A stretch of DNA of 64,000 nucleotides, taken from positions 10,726,001 through 10,790,000 of the forward strand of contig CM120640.1 in the NCBI GenBank assembly GCA_051362555.1. The letters run 5' to 3'. Source of the stretch: Lingula anatina. Lineage: Eukaryota > Animalia > Brachiopoda. Below the pieces are notes generated by a model, which saw only the letters and a list, made by a program, of their open reading frames with translations, did not search any database and had not been told where the DNA came from. This document shows positions 63,819 through 64,000 of the stretch, piece by piece (the first letter of the stretch is position 1; each line of letters starts with the position of its first letter). The translations under genes and the position numbers were made by a program.

Positions 63819-64000
63819 CTGATAACAGAAAAATAAATCACATTATGACCAAATTATATGGATATCCATAGTCCATGCCTGGTTGCCAAGTCTACTGAAC
63901 CTTTCATGTCAATTTAAACATATGCTAGATTTGCCTTGAAGCAATTAAAAAAAATTAATTAAAATTGACAAAATGAAAATAATCTAATTAAACATTATTC

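Overview
AT-rich, gene-dense eukaryotic (animal) genomic DNA with short spliceosomal introns. The repeat content suggests a marine invertebrate, possibly a lophotrochozoan; this is inference. Most ORF-track entries are exon fragments or noise, so I spliced the exons by hand and checked phases. This gave nine genes: the 3' end of an unidentified + strand gene, DNAI7/CASC1 (-), ETFRF1/LYRM5 (+), a DRAM-family gene (-), TMEM237 (-), NDUFB7 (+), a CFAP97-domain gene (-), a large membrane-anchored VWDE-like gene (-), and the 3' part of PIGS (-). Introns and intergenic DNA carry many MITEs, microsatellites and two copies of a Helentron-type non-autonomous element (HINE) with internal ~161-bp tandem arrays. 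I saw no prokaryotic system, CRISPR array, rRNA or tRNA. The most notable observations are: a U12-type intron in DRAM; two GC-AG introns and candidate N-terminal cassette exons (one with RKTS repeats) in DNAI7; a DNAI7-ETFRF1 head-to-head pair that mirrors the human locus; a 20-bp palindromic footprint with a visible empty paralogous site; and the D8C-VWD-EGF-mucin-TM receptor architecture. Gene identities rest on recalled family motifs, not database searches.
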